From: an uncultured Chloroflexia bacterium
GTDB taxonomy: Bacteria; Chloroflexota; Limnocylindria; Limnocylindrales; CSP1-4
DNA length: 64,000 nucleotides
Direction of reading: 5' to 3'
Assembly (NCBI GenBank): GCA_963752475.1
Contig: CAVVYR010000001.1
Coordinates: forward strand, 197,934 to 261,933
Part shown: in pieces, positions 1-10,542 of the stretch
How positions within the stretch are numbered: position 1 is the stretch's first letter
How the letters are laid out: the number at the start of each line of letters is the position of its first letter
The notes under the pieces: generated by a model
The model's input: only the letters and a program-made list of their open reading frames with translations
What the model was told of the DNA's origin: nothing
Database searches by the model: none
Translations under genes and position numbers: made by a program

Positions 1-67
1 TCGTGGCCGGCGACGCCTCGGGTCGGGTGCAGCGTTGACCTCCGGCGGCGCATCGACAGTGCGCGTC

Positions 68-96
68 TTGCCGATAGCGTGTAACGCTGTTACAGT
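68..96 (+). promoter_or_regulatory. sigma70-type promoter (TTGCCG-N17-TACAGT) overlapped by palindromic operator TGTAACGCTGTTACA (80-94)
   Basis: -35 at 68-73, -10 at 91-96, 17-nt spacer; the operator's exact reverse complement recurs at 8304-8318. Confidence 0.65.
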
Positions 97-131
97 CGAG
101 TTGGCTGGTTCGGGTCATCGCTGGAGTTGAC

Positions 132-1085
132 ATGCCTACCCTTCTTGGTCACACGCTCGGAACGCCAGACCTGACCCCGTTCGAAGCGCTCGATCTGTTC
201 GCAGCGTCCGGTCTCGACGGTGCAGAGCTCATCTGGCAGGACGACTACCGGGGCGCCATCCCAGAGAGCGACGACGGTCGGGTGGCTGCGGACGTCAAGG
301 CACACGCAGATGGCAGCGGTCTGAGCATCGGATGCCTGACGCCATACGTCACCAAGCTGAACAGCCTCGATGAAGCCGTTCGCATGAGTGAAGTCCGCCG
401 CATCGAGCGTGCCATGGGGATCGCGGACACGCTCGGGTGTTGGCGGATGCGGATCTACGGCGGAACGTTGCTGGGTGACGAACGTGAGCAGGACATCCCG
501 CGGATGTGGGCGCGTCTTGTAATCTCACTGCGCCGCCTCGGGGCCATGGCCCTCGACCATGGGATCGTGCTGTGTGTCGAGAATCACTTCGGGACGATGG
601 CGGTCTCTGCGGCTGACACGGTGGCGCTCGTCGAGGAGGTCGGCTCCGAGGGCGTCGGCATCCTTTACGACCAAGCCAACCTGGCATTCACGCACCGCGA
701 GGCCTACGAGGAGGCGATTAGCCTGCAAGCCGACTGGATCAGGCACGTGCATGTCAAGGACCTCGAGTTCATCCATCCCGACAAGGTGCTCAAGACCACG
801 CAGGTGGCGAGCATCGACAAGTCCGAGCGCATCCACGCATCGCGGATGATCGGTGACGGCATCCTCGACTGGGACGCCATCATCGACGCCCTCGTCGCGG
901 CTGGCTACGACGGCTCGTACTCGCTCGAATACGAGTACCGCTGGAACCCGGAGGACCTGCCGGCTCCGGAGATCGGCTTCCCAGAGAGCGCGCGACGGCT
1001 GCGCACGTGCTTTGGCCAGAAGACGCCGGAGACCGAGGACGACCCAGGGGCGTCAGCAGCTGCCGCTACGAAGCACTCGAGGTAG
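132..1085 (+). CDS. sugar phosphate isomerase/epimerase (xylose isomerase-like TIM barrel)
   Basis: VENH, ILYDQAN, HVHVKD and SLEYE metal-binding motifs; GGAG RBS upstream. Confidence 0.85.
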   Translation: MPTLLGHTLGTPDLTPFEALDLFAASGLDGAELIWQDDYRGAIPESDDGRVAADVKAHADGSGLSIGCLTPYVTKLNSLDEAVRMSEVRRIERAMGIADTLGCWRMRIYGGTLLGDEREQDIPRMWARLVISLRRLGAMALDHGIVLCVENHFGTMAVSAADTVALVEEVGSEGVGILYDQANLAFTHREAYEEAISLQADWIRHVHVKDLEFIHPDKVLKTTQVASIDKSERIHASRMIGDGILDWDAIIDALVAAGYDGSYSLEYEYRWNPEDLPAPEIGFPESARRLRTCFGQKTPETEDDPGASAAAATKHSR

Positions 1086-1093
1086 ATGCGGCG

Positions 1094-2005
1094 TTGGCGA
1101 GATCACCGACCGACGACACCGTAGGTCGCTCCCTGGCGACGGCTGATGAGCCTGGCGCGTCGCGCGAGAGCCAAGACTCCGTGCGGGTCACGAACACGAG
1201 CATCGGGCGCACCATGCGGACGCTCGAACTGCTCGCCGGTGAGCCGCGCGGCTTGCGGGTCACTGACCTGGCCAACGCCCTCGGCGTGAACCGGGCGATC
1301 CCACATCGCATCCTGACCGACCTCTCCGAGCTTGGCTATGTCATCCAAGATCCCCGCACGGAGCGGTATCGGGTCAGCTTCAAGCTCGGCAGCCTTGGAC
1401 TCCGGCAGCTCGATACCGCCGGCGCGGTCCGCTGGGCCCAGGACGAACTCGACCGCCTCGCGTTCGAGACACGCGAGCTGGTCCGCTTGGCGGTCACTTC
1501 CGGTGCTGGCCTGCGCTGGGTGGCGAAGGCACAGGGATCCGCATCGGCCCTGACACTGGACGGTGTGACCGGCGCCCAGGTCGTCCTGCACGCCACCGCC
1601 AGCGGCAAGGCCTGGCTCTCGACGTTGCCCAAGGAGCACATCGTCGAGCTCCTGTCCGAGCGTGGCCTGCAGGCACAGACAGAGCGCACGGCCACTGACC
1701 TGGCGGCGGTCTTGCGCGAGATCGCCGTGGCCAGGGAACGGGGCTTCGCCCTGGTCGCAGAGGAGATGGAGGTCGGAGTGTCCGCTATCGCCGTGCCCAT
1801 CGTGCCGCCAGAGTCGGCCGAAGGGCGCGCGGTCGCGACCGTCAGCATCGCCGGACCGGCGGCGCGGCTCGATCATGACCGGCTCGTCGGTTTCGCGGCG
1901 AGGTTGACCGAAGTCTCCAAGCGCCTCGGCTCGCAGTGGCACACCTATGAGTACATGGCCGCGGTCGCGCGGCCGGTCACTTTCGCCGACGACCCACCGC
2001 GATGA
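1094..2005 (+). CDS. IclR-family transcriptional regulator (start uncertain; ORF open from 1007)
   Basis: N-terminal HTH (LRVTDLANALGVNRAIPHRIL), LHATASGKAWL and AIAVPI...VSIAGP IclR signatures. Confidence 0.9.
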   Translation: MARSPTDDTVGRSLATADEPGASRESQDSVRVTNTSIGRTMRTLELLAGEPRGLRVTDLANALGVNRAIPHRILTDLSELGYVIQDPRTERYRVSFKLGSLGLRQLDTAGAVRWAQDELDRLAFETRELVRLAVTSGAGLRWVAKAQGSASALTLDGVTGAQVVLHATASGKAWLSTLPKEHIVELLSERGLQAQTERTATDLAAVLREIAVARERGFALVAEEMEVGVSAIAVPIVPPESAEGRAVATVSIAGPAARLDHDRLVGFAARLTEVSKRLGSQWHTYEYMAAVARPVTFADDPPR

Positions 2006-2808
2006 TCGATTGGACAGAACCAGGGGACAGCGTCGGCGTTATTACCCTCGCGCGACCGCCGGTAAACGCCTTCGACGCGCCTTCGAAACGAGAGCTCGAT
2101 CGCCTGCTTGGTGATTTAGCGGGACGGACGGAGATTCGCAGCATCGTCATCCGCAGTGATCTGCCGCGCACGTTCTGCGCCGGCTCCGATCTCCGCGAGC
2201 TGGCCACTGAACACGAGGAGCCAGGCATAGCGCTTGCGCGGACGAGGTTCGAGTTCGAGATGTGGCAACGCCTGTCCGGGCTACCGCAGGTGTCGATCGC
2301 CGCCATCGACGGCTACGCCCTGGGCAGTGGACTAGAACTCGCAATCGCCTGCGACTTCCGTGTCGCCGGTGGCGCCGCGAGCCTGGGACTGCCCGAGATC
2401 AAGATCGGCGGTTCACCTGGGGTCCAGACGCTCGCGCGACTGCCGCTGATCGTCGGCTTGGGCACCGCTACGCAGATGCTGCTGACGGGCGATACGCTCA
2501 CGGCCGACCAGGCACTCGTTGCAGGGCTCGTTCATGAGGTCACGCCAACGGGCCGGGCGAGCGAGCGCGCCATGCAGCTCGCCAGACAGCTCGCTACGCA
2601 ACCACGAAGCTCGGTGCGGTTCTTGAAGGCATCACTCATGGCGACCGTCGATATCGCGGTCGAGCGGGTTGGAGCTGTCGCCGACGACGGGGTCGAGGGC
2701 CTGTTCCAGGCGAGGGAGATGCACGAGGGCATCGCCGCCTTCCTGGAGAAGCGCCGGCCGGACTTCGACGCCAAGGCCCAGCCCCTCGACGAGGCTGGAG
2801 GGCAGTGA
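2002..2808 (+). CDS. enoyl-CoA hydratase/isomerase family protein
   Basis: FCAGSDL, GYALGSGLELAIACDFR, LPEIKIG, EGIAAFLEKRRP. Confidence 0.9.
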   Translation: MIDWTEPGDSVGVITLARPPVNAFDAPSKRELDRLLGDLAGRTEIRSIVIRSDLPRTFCAGSDLRELATEHEEPGIALARTRFEFEMWQRLSGLPQVSIAAIDGYALGSGLELAIACDFRVAGGAASLGLPEIKIGGSPGVQTLARLPLIVGLGTATQMLLTGDTLTADQALVAGLVHEVTPTGRASERAMQLARQLATQPRSSVRFLKASLMATVDIAVERVGAVADDGVEGLFQAREMHEGIAAFLEKRRPDFDAKAQPLDEAGGQ

Positions 2809-4374
2809 ACGGCTCCAAGTTGGTGGACGTCGCCGAAGCCGTCGCTCGCATCGAGGACGGTCAGACCGTAGCGGTCGGCGGCAGCGGCCACTTGCTCCAG
2901 GTCCCGGACGGCGTCCTGTCCGCTATGGGCAGCCGCTTCCTCGAGACGGGGTCACCGGCTGGCCTGACGGTCGTACACACCATGGGCATCGGCGACAACG
3001 CCGACCGTGGCATGGGCCGACTGGCGCATCCCGGACTGGTGCACCGATATATCGGCTCCCACTACGGCCACAACCCGGCGATCATGCGCATGATCGCCGA
3101 GGATGAGGTAGAGGCGCTGGGCATCCCCGGCGGCACGCTCTCGCTGCTGTACCGCGAGATCGCCGGTCACAGGCCGGGGCTCGTGACCAAGGTCGGCCTC
3201 GGGACGTTCGTCGATCCACGGGTCGACGGCGGACGGATGAATGGCGGAACGCAGGGTCCATCGCCGAGCACATCGAACTGGCCGGCGAGGAATGGTTGTT
3301 CTACGCAGCATTCCCCATTGACGTCGGCATCATCCGGGCCACCACAGCTGACCCCAGGGGCAACCTCACCATGGAGGACGAGGCCGGCTATGCCGACAAC
3401 CTCGCCCTGGCCTCGGCCGTGCACAACTCCGGCGGCTACGTCATCGCCGAGGTCAAGCGTGTGGCTGAGACCGGCTCGCTGCCGCCCAAGTCCGTGCGCG
3501 TGCCGGGCATCCTCATCGACGCCATCGTGATCGATCGCGACCAGCACCAGACGGGGGCGACCGTGTACAGCCCGTACCTGGCTGGTGCGCTTCGTTCGCC
3601 GGGGACGTCCATCCCGCGACTGGAGCATGGCCCCCGCAAGCTCATCGCTCGCCGCGCTGCCGACGAGCTCCGGCCCGGCGATGTCGTCAACCTTGGCTAC
3701 GGGATCTCCAATGGTGTCGCCTCGGTGCTGGCTGAGGAAGGGCACTACAACGACGTCTCCTTCAGTATCGAGCAAGGCATCGTGGGCGGCGTGCCAGGCG
3801 TCGGCCTCGATTGGGGACTGCCGTGAACGCAGAGGCCTACGTCGATGAAGGTGCGCAGTTCGACCTCTACGATGGCGGTGCCCTCGACGTCGCCTGCGTC
3901 GCCTTCGGCGAGGTGGACGCCCTGGGCAACGTGAACGTCAGCAAGCTCGGCGGACGTGCTGTCGGACCCGGAGGCTTCATCAACATCACACAGAACTCGC
4001 ACAAGGTAGTCTTCTGCGGGACGCTCACCGGCGGTGGACTCGAGGTCGCGATAGATGACGATCGTCTTCGCATCATCCGAGAAGGCCGGTACACCAAGTT
4101 CGTGGAACGCGTGGAGCACATCACGTTCGCAGCGAATGCGGGTTCTTCATCCGACCAAGCAGTCGTCTACGTCACCGAGCGTGCGGTCTTCCGGCTCACC
4201 GAGCACGGCCTCGAGCTCACCGAGATCGCGCCGGGGATCGATCCCAGCCAGGATGTCATGGAACACATGGACTTCCGCCCATCGATCGCGGACCCCCTCG
4301 CGACCATGGACCTGCGCCTGCTACGCCGGGGTCCGATGGGGCGCATCCCGGGCCTCGGTGGGCCGGGAACATGA
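2805..4374 (+). CDS. fused acyl-CoA:acetate/3-ketoacid CoA transferase (YdiF/Pct type), split by two frameshifts near 3257 and 3816
   Basis: ORFs 2805-3530, 3296-3826 and 3811-4374 join into one protein (TKVGLGTFVDPR; TADPRGNL; SIEQG; GNVNVSK...GPGGFINI; YVTERAVF). Confidence 0.85.
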
Positions 4375-5165
4375 ACACCCAGGGGAAGCTGACAGGCCGG
4401 GTAGCGGTCGTTACTGGGGCCGGTGGCGACATCGGCCGTGCCATCGTCGTGCGCCTAGCAGGCGAAGGGGCGGCGGTGCTCGCGACCGCGCGCCGACGGG
4501 CTTCGCTCGACGAGACCCTGCGCCAGGCGACGACACACGGCGGTGGACCCGTGCGACCCCTCGCCGTCGATGTCACCGAGCCGGACGACCCGGCCGAAAT
4601 CGTCCCGGCCACGCAGCGCGAGTTCGGCTCCCCTCCCGACATCCTCGTGTGCTGCGCGGGAGTGCAGACGTTCGCGGACATCTTCGAGTTGCCCATCGCT
4701 GATTGGGATCACATCTTCGACGTCAACACGCGTGGCACCTTCCTGACCGTCCGACCGGTCGCCGAGGCCATGCAGGCGGCTGGACGTGGCTCCATCGTCA
4801 CAGTGGCGTCGATACAGGGCCGCCTTGGGAACCGCTGGTTCGCGCACTACGCGGCATCGAAGGCGGCGGTGCTCAGCCTGACCAAGTCATTCGCCACCGC
4901 GCTCGCAACACGGCACGTACGGGTCAACGCCGTGGCGCCGGGGATCATCGACGCTGGGCTGGCGCATCGGGCGAACGACGAGCTAGCGCGGCTTCAGGGA
5001 CTGGCGCCAGGCGAACCCATGCGACAGCGGGTCGCCACGGTGCCGCTGGGTCGCGCGGGCACACCCGCCGACGTGGCCAACGCCGTCTTGTTCCTTGCCT
5101 CCGACGAAGCCGACTACATCACGGGGGAATGCATCCACGTCTGCGGCGGGGATGTGATGCTGTGA
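4371..5165 (+). CDS. SDR family NAD(P)-dependent oxidoreductase
   Basis: TGAGGDIG, YAASK, VRVNAVAPG. Confidence 0.9.
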   Translation: MNTQGKLTGRVAVVTGAGGDIGRAIVVRLAGEGAAVLATARRRASLDETLRQATTHGGGPVRPLAVDVTEPDDPAEIVPATQREFGSPPDILVCCAGVQTFADIFELPIADWDHIFDVNTRGTFLTVRPVAEAMQAAGRGSIVTVASIQGRLGNRWFAHYAASKAAVLSLTKSFATALATRHVRVNAVAPGIIDAGLAHRANDELARLQGLAPGEPMRQRVATVPLGRAGTPADVANAVLFLASDEADYITGECIHVCGGDVML

Positions 5166-5225
5166 GTTAGGCCGGTCAAGGACGTTCGCGGCATAGGGTG
5201 CTTGGGGAAGAGAGGGGAGACACGG

Positions 5226-5726
5226 ATGGAAAGTGGCCGTCTTCAGTACGAGGACCTGCATGTCGGACTGCAGTTCGAAAGCCCGACGCGGACCGTGACC
5301 GAGGCCGATGTGGTCATGTTCGCGGCCCTCACCGGGGACTGGTCCGAGCTACACACGAGCGAGGCCTTCGCCCGCCACACACAGTACGGCCGACGGGTCG
5401 CGCACGGGCTGCTTGGACTGGCCATCGCGCACGGGCTCATGTGGCCTCGCACCAACGCGTTGCGTGACATCGCCGTCGCCTTCCTGGGGCTCTCCGACTG
5501 GCGCTTCCGCGGACCCATCTTCCTCGGCGACACCATCTACGTCGTGTACCGCGTCGCGGAGTTGCGGGACAGCCGCTCTCAGCCCGGCCAGGCGATCGTC
5601 ACGTTCGAAGTGGAGCTGCGCAACGACGACGGCGAGATCGTGCAGCAGGGCCGCAAGGCGCTCCTGGTGTCGAAGACGCCGTTGGCGGCTACAGCAACGA
5701 GCCGGACCGCGGACCGAGGGAGCTGA
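5226..5726 (+). CDS. MaoC/PaaZ C-terminal (R-specific hydratase) domain protein
   Basis: RTVTEADVVMFAALTGDWSELH, RVAHG, RFRGPIFLGDT. Confidence 0.85.
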   Translation: MESGRLQYEDLHVGLQFESPTRTVTEADVVMFAALTGDWSELHTSEAFARHTQYGRRVAHGLLGLAIAHGLMWPRTNALRDIAVAFLGLSDWRFRGPIFLGDTIYVVYRVAELRDSRSQPGQAIVTFEVELRNDDGEIVQQGRKALLVSKTPLAATATSRTADRGS

Positions 5727-5728
5727 CG

Positions 5729-7012
5729 GTGGCGCTCCCCTACGACGGCATCACCATCCTCGACTTCACGCAGCTGGAACAGGGCCCCTCGGGCACCCTG
5801 ATGCTCGCGGACTTCGGGGCGGAGGTCATCAAGATCGAGCGCATCGAGGCGGGCGAAGCCGGCCGCGGACAGGTGCCCTCCTACCGGGGCATGAGCTGCC
5901 ACTGGGCTGCCAACAATCGCAACAAGCTGAGCCTCAGCGTCGACCTCAAGCATCCGGCCGGGCGCGGGCTCGTTCGTCGACTGGCTCGTGGCGCCGACAT
6001 CATCGCCAGCAACTTCCGCCCGGGCGTCATGGAGCGTCTGGGCTTCGGATTCGACGAGATGCGCAAGGTGAACCCCCGCATTATCTGCGCCTATGCGTCC
6101 GGCTACGGACAGTCGGGCCCGTATCGGGATCGGCGCGGCCAGGACCTGGCCGCGCAGGCGATGGGCGGCATCATGGACCTCACCGGTGATGCTGACGGGC
6201 CACCCACCCCGATCGGGACGTTCGCGGTGGACTATCTGGCTGCCATGCAATTCGCCATCGGCATGATGGCCGCGCTCGCGGCTCGTGAGCAGACTGGTGA
6301 AGGACAGGTCGTCGACAGCTGCCTGATGAACGCGTCGCTGGCGCTTCACCACCAGGAGGCCACGGCCTTCCTGAATACCGGTCGGCTGTACCCGCGACCA
6401 CCACACGGCATCGCCCACGCCCACAACACGCCGCTCTACGCCCGGTATCAGTGTGCGGACGGACGCTGGCTGGTGCTGATCGCGGAGTTCTACGTCACCG
6501 AGCCATGGCAGCGCATGTCGCGTGCGCTTGGACTCGATGCTGCGATCGCTGACGACCCGCGATTCGCCACCGTCGATGCGATCGAGGCCCACGGTGAAGC
6601 GGCACACAGGGTGTTGAGCGAAGCGTTCGCGAAACTCGATCGCGAAACAGCCCTGGGCCGTCTCACCGAGGAGGACGTACTCGCCGCACCGGTCAACTCC
6701 TACCCGGAGGTCTTCGCCGATCCACAACTGCAGCACAACGACATGATCCTCGATGCACATCGACCTGAACTCGGGCGATTCAGGCTCGTGGGCATGCCGA
6801 TCAAGCTCTCGGCTACGCCGGCCCGGTTGCGGCACGCACCACCGACGGTCGGCGAGCACAACCGGTCCTTCCTCCTCGCTCGTGGCTTCAGCCTTGAGGA
6901 GATCGAGCAACTGCAGTCGCAAGGGGTCGTCGGATCGGAGGCTGAGCGACAGCGAGACGAGGGCGTCGTGGCCTGGGGTAGTGATCCGGATCTGCGTGAG
7001 ACCAAGGCATGA
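5729..7012 (+). CDS. family III CoA transferase (CaiB/BaiF)
   Basis: LADFGAEVIKIE, NRNKLSLSVDLK, NFRPGVMERLG, GYGQSGPY, APPTVGEH. Confidence 0.9.
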   Translation: MALPYDGITILDFTQLEQGPSGTLMLADFGAEVIKIERIEAGEAGRGQVPSYRGMSCHWAANNRNKLSLSVDLKHPAGRGLVRRLARGADIIASNFRPGVMERLGFGFDEMRKVNPRIICAYASGYGQSGPYRDRRGQDLAAQAMGGIMDLTGDADGPPTPIGTFAVDYLAAMQFAIGMMAALAAREQTGEGQVVDSCLMNASLALHHQEATAFLNTGRLYPRPPHGIAHAHNTPLYARYQCADGRWLVLIAEFYVTEPWQRMSRALGLDAAIADDPRFATVDAIEAHGEAAHRVLSEAFAKLDRETALGRLTEEDVLAAPVNSYPEVFADPQLQHNDMILDAHRPELGRFRLVGMPIKLSATPARLRHAPPTVGEHNRSFLLARGFSLEEIEQLQSQGVVGSEAERQRDEGVVAWGSDPDLRETKA

Positions 7013-8250
7013 CCGGCGGCCGGGAAGAACGAGCCGAGCCCTATCCGCCGATGTTCCCGGGCGGCAACCGGATCGGCGTCGAGGAGGAGGCGGCGGTCCT
7101 CGAAGTCGTCCGTAGCAAGCGTCTCTTCCGCTACGGTGGCATCAAGGAAGGTCCGTCCGCCGTCGAGGCATTCGAAGTCGCGTTCGCTGCAACGCTGTCC
7201 GTCCGACATGCGATCGCGGTGGGGTCGGGCACGTTGGCGCTGATGACCGCGTTGGCCGCTGCCAGGGTTGGACCGGGCGACCAGGTCATCGTGCCGGCCT
7301 ATACGTGGGTCTCGACCGCCGCGGCCGTCCTTGCGGTAGGCGCGGTGCCAGTGATCGCTGAGGTCGACGACACGTTGACCATCGATGTCGAGGATGCGGC
7401 CCGGCGGATCAACGACCGGACAAAGGCCATCATCCCCGTCCACATGCGCGGCGCTCCCGCGGATATGGACGCGGTCTCGCTACTGGCCGAGCGGGTCGGG
7501 CTCTTCGTCATCGAAGACGCCGCTCAGGCCATCGGCGGTCGCTATCGAGGCCGCCGCCTCGGTACGATCGGCGACCTTGGGTGCTTCAGCCTCCAATTCA
7601 ACAAAATCATTACCTGTGGCGAGGGCGGCGTGGTCGCATCGGATGACCGGAAGCTCTACGAGCGCGCGCTGCTCTATCAGGACGTCGCCGCGAGCCAGCG
7701 TTCGCACCTGGACCAGGATCTCGCATTCTTCGGCATCGTCGCGCGCATGTCCGAACTCCAGGGAGCGGTCGCCTGTGTCCAGGTGCGCAAGCTCGACGAC
7801 ATCGTCGGTGACTGCCGGGCGAACCGAGCTCGGATCAGCGCGGAGATCGCGAGCGATCTTGCCGAGCACGGTATTCACTTGCGACGCTGCCACGACCCAG
7901 CTGGTGACACAGGGATCGCGCTGGTACTGCTGTGCCCTGATGCCCCGACCGCCAAGCGACTGTCGAGCGCCCTGAGCACTGCGCAGGTACCGGTGCGGGT
8001 GCTCTTCGAGCCGGATCGGGAGGACCTGCATGTCGCCTACCACTGGAGGCCGCTGCTCAAACGGCAGAGTTGGTCAAGGACGACGCCATGGGACCAGGCC
8101 GGCGTGTCGGTCGACGCTGGGCCCGAGAGCTGGGAACGGTCCCTGGACGTGCTCGGTCGTGCCGTCCACATCGACGTCAGCCCGGATCTCACGGAGTCGC
8201 ACATCGACCGCCTGGTGGGCTCGCTGCGGACCGCCGTGGCCCGATCCTGA
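7009..8250 (+). CDS. DegT/DnrJ/EryC1/StrS PLP-dependent aminotransferase
   Basis: SGTLAL, IIPVHMRG, IEDAAQAIG, FSLQFNKIITCGEGG. Confidence 0.9.
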   Translation: MTGGREERAEPYPPMFPGGNRIGVEEEAAVLEVVRSKRLFRYGGIKEGPSAVEAFEVAFAATLSVRHAIAVGSGTLALMTALAAARVGPGDQVIVPAYTWVSTAAAVLAVGAVPVIAEVDDTLTIDVEDAARRINDRTKAIIPVHMRGAPADMDAVSLLAERVGLFVIEDAAQAIGGRYRGRRLGTIGDLGCFSLQFNKIITCGEGGVVASDDRKLYERALLYQDVAASQRSHLDQDLAFFGIVARMSELQGAVACVQVRKLDDIVGDCRANRARISAEIASDLAEHGIHLRRCHDPAGDTGIALVLLCPDAPTAKRLSSALSTAQVPVRVLFEPDREDLHVAYHWRPLLKRQSWSRTTPWDQAGVSVDAGPESWERSLDVLGRAVHIDVSPDLTESHIDRLVGSLRTAVARS

Positions 8251-8267
8251 CCTGCTGAATCAAGACC

Positions 8268-8319
8268 TTGACAGCGTTCGAGGCCGTGGCATAGTACGTA
8301 GGGTGTAACAGCGTTACAC
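8268..8319 (+). promoter_or_regulatory. promoter (TTGACA at 8268; extended -10 TGGCATAGT at 8287-8295) followed by operator GTGTAACAGCGTTACAC
   Basis: consensus -35; the palindrome at 8304-8318 is the reverse complement of the site at 80-94. Confidence 0.7.
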
Positions 8320-8427
8320 TCTAGCTGTTCCGCGTGAGACTGGAAGAGAAGCCGACCGGGCGGAGCCAACGGGGACTGACTCCGAGAGGGACACTCCAGG
8401 CTCGGTCGATGGGAGCATCCGATCGCG

Positions 8428-9300
8428 ATGAGTGGACGAGGCACGCCGCCACGGAGCGGTGACATCACCCCGGAGATGATCTCAGGTTCGGGCGGCCAGA
8501 CGCTTCGCCGGCCGACCTCGGGTTCGTTGAGGCGACGGCGACTTCGTGCAATGCTCGCTACGGTCGGCCCCCCGGCGATCACGTTCGGAGTCCTCATCTT
8601 CATGTGGTGGCTGGCCGTCTGGTATTTCGAGGTCCCGGTCTATCTCGTGCCATCGCCGGAGCTGGTCCTGCCCAGCCTCGTCGAGTACTGGCCAGACCTC
8701 TGGGTGAACACGCAGTTCACGGTCACCGCCGTTCTGCTGGGCTTTGGGGCAAGCATCGTGACTGCCATCCCGATGGGCTACGCCATCGCCATCTCGCGGA
8801 CGACCAAGCAGGCGGCCTATCCGGTCCTCGTCTTCATCCAGCTCATCCCGAAGATCGCGATCGCGCCGCTGTTCGTGGTCTGGTTCGGCTTCGCCCTTGA
8901 ATTGAAGGTCATGCTGACGACGCTGCTGACATTCTTCCCGCTGCTGCTCGCGAGCATCGCCGGCTTCCAGACGCTCGATGAACGCGTCTTGTATCTCACA
9001 CGCACCATGGGAGCCTCAAGGTGGCAAACCTTCTGGTTCGTGCGCCTGCCGAGTGCCCTACCGGTCATCTTCTCCGGCCTCAAGGTCAGCGCTACCATCG
9101 CGGTGACGGCCGCCATCGTGGCCGAGTTCGTGGGTTCCAACAACGGCCTCGGGTACCGCCTGCTGGTGGCCAGCCAGTACCTGGACACGCCGCTGATCTT
9201 CGCGATCCTGCTACTCATGACGATCATCGGCCTGGCGCTGAACTACGCCGTCGAGATCGTCGAGTACTTCGTCCTGCCGTGGAGGCGGGTAGAGACATGA
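8428..9300 (+). CDS. ABC transporter permease (NitT/TauT/SsuC type)
   Basis: IPKIAIAPL, TMGASRWQ...VRLPSALP, AEFVGSNNGLG. Confidence 0.9.
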   Translation: MSGRGTPPRSGDITPEMISGSGGQTLRRPTSGSLRRRRLRAMLATVGPPAITFGVLIFMWWLAVWYFEVPVYLVPSPELVLPSLVEYWPDLWVNTQFTVTAVLLGFGASIVTAIPMGYAIAISRTTKQAAYPVLVFIQLIPKIAIAPLFVVWFGFALELKVMLTTLLTFFPLLLASIAGFQTLDERVLYLTRTMGASRWQTFWFVRLPSALPVIFSGLKVSATIAVTAAIVAEFVGSNNGLGYRLLVASQYLDTPLIFAILLLMTIIGLALNYAVEIVEYFVLPWRRVET

Positions 9301-9431
9301 CACCGGTCCCATCAGGGAGGTAGGCGATGGCCCATGACCCGTGAAGCCGAAGGTCGATCGATGACATCGGGTTCGTAGGAACGTTCGGCCGCTCGAATGG
9401 CGGTCAGACACATAAGGAGGAAGGAGACAGG

Positions 9432-10511
9432 ATGGTACAGACGAAGAGGCACCGCGTCCGGGCCGGGACAGCCCTGTTTATGGCGGTTCCGCTCGCCGCC
9501 GCGATGAGTACATCATCGGTGGTGGCGCAGGATGGTGAGTCGATGGCATGTGTGCCGAGCGATCCCGCGACCCCCATCAGCTTCCAGCTGAACTTCACGG
9601 CCGGCGGCTACAACGCGCCGTTCGCGCTCGCGGAACTGGAGGGCTACTACGACGACGTGGGGCTCAATGTCGACATCGTCAAGGGTCAGGGCTCGGGCAC
9701 CACGGCGCGCCTGGTCGCTTCGGGCCAGGCTGGCCTCGCCTATGCGGACTCCTCGGCGGTCGCCCAGGTCATCGCCCAGGGCGCGGATATGAAGATCCTT
9801 TCGACCATCTATCAGTCGAGCCCCAACGCCATCAACGCTCTTGCCGACTCGGGCATCGAGTCAGTGGCGGATCTCGAGGGGCGTACGCTCGGCGAGCCCA
9901 TCGGCGAGTCCGGAAGCGCGCTACTGTCGCTTCTGCTGGAGTCGAACGGACTGACGCGCGACGACCTCGATATCGTGCCGCTGCCAGGTACGTCGCTAGT
10001 CGGTGCGCTCACGCAGGGCCAGGTCGATGCCATCCTCGGTTCCACCGAGGGCTACAACCTCGTCCTCGAGGAGCAAGGCTTCGACGTCACAGTGCTGCCC
10101 TATGCCGAATGGGGCGTACCCACCATCAGCACCTCGATGCTCGCTTCGGAGCGCTTCCTCGAGGAGAATGCCAACGCCGTGCGCTGCTTCGTCGAAGCCA
10201 GTTTGAAGGGCTGGGACGAGGCCATCAAGCGGCCCGACGACGCCATCGCGGCGCTCGTGGAGTACTTCCCGTTCGACACCCGTCCGGAGCTCAACACGCG
10301 ACAGCTCGAGTCCGCCATCGACCTGGTCTGCGCCAATGGTGCGCAGTTCGTCGGCAAGGCCGAGCCGGAAGCATGGGAGGCCTCGGTCGAGATCTGGCAG
10401 GACTTCTTCGGGCTCTCGCTCGATGTCCCGGCGACCGAGTACTACACGTACGACTTCCTGCCGGAGACATTGCCGACGGCATGCCCGTTGGAGGAGGAGA
10501 TGGCCGAGTAG
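9432..10511 (+). CDS. ABC substrate-binding protein (NMT1/THI5-like)
   Basis: signal peptide; EGYYDDVGLNVDIVKGQGS; strong AAGGAGG RBS. Confidence 0.85.
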   Translation: MVQTKRHRVRAGTALFMAVPLAAAMSTSSVVAQDGESMACVPSDPATPISFQLNFTAGGYNAPFALAELEGYYDDVGLNVDIVKGQGSGTTARLVASGQAGLAYADSSAVAQVIAQGADMKILSTIYQSSPNAINALADSGIESVADLEGRTLGEPIGESGSALLSLLLESNGLTRDDLDIVPLPGTSLVGALTQGQVDAILGSTEGYNLVLEEQGFDVTVLPYAEWGVPTISTSMLASERFLEENANAVRCFVEASLKGWDEAIKRPDDAIAALVEYFPFDTRPELNTRQLESAIDLVCANGAQFVGKAEPEAWEASVEIWQDFFGLSLDVPATEYYTYDFLPETLPTACPLEEEMAE

Positions 10512-10542
10512 TCGGCGCACGTCGTAGCGCGGAGCTGAGCGA

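Noticed and set aside
8320-8427. TPP riboswitch upstream of the NMT1/THI5-type transporter
   Set aside because: Lacks the CTGAGA and CCTGA...GCGNAGG consensus; kept only as a generic structured leader.
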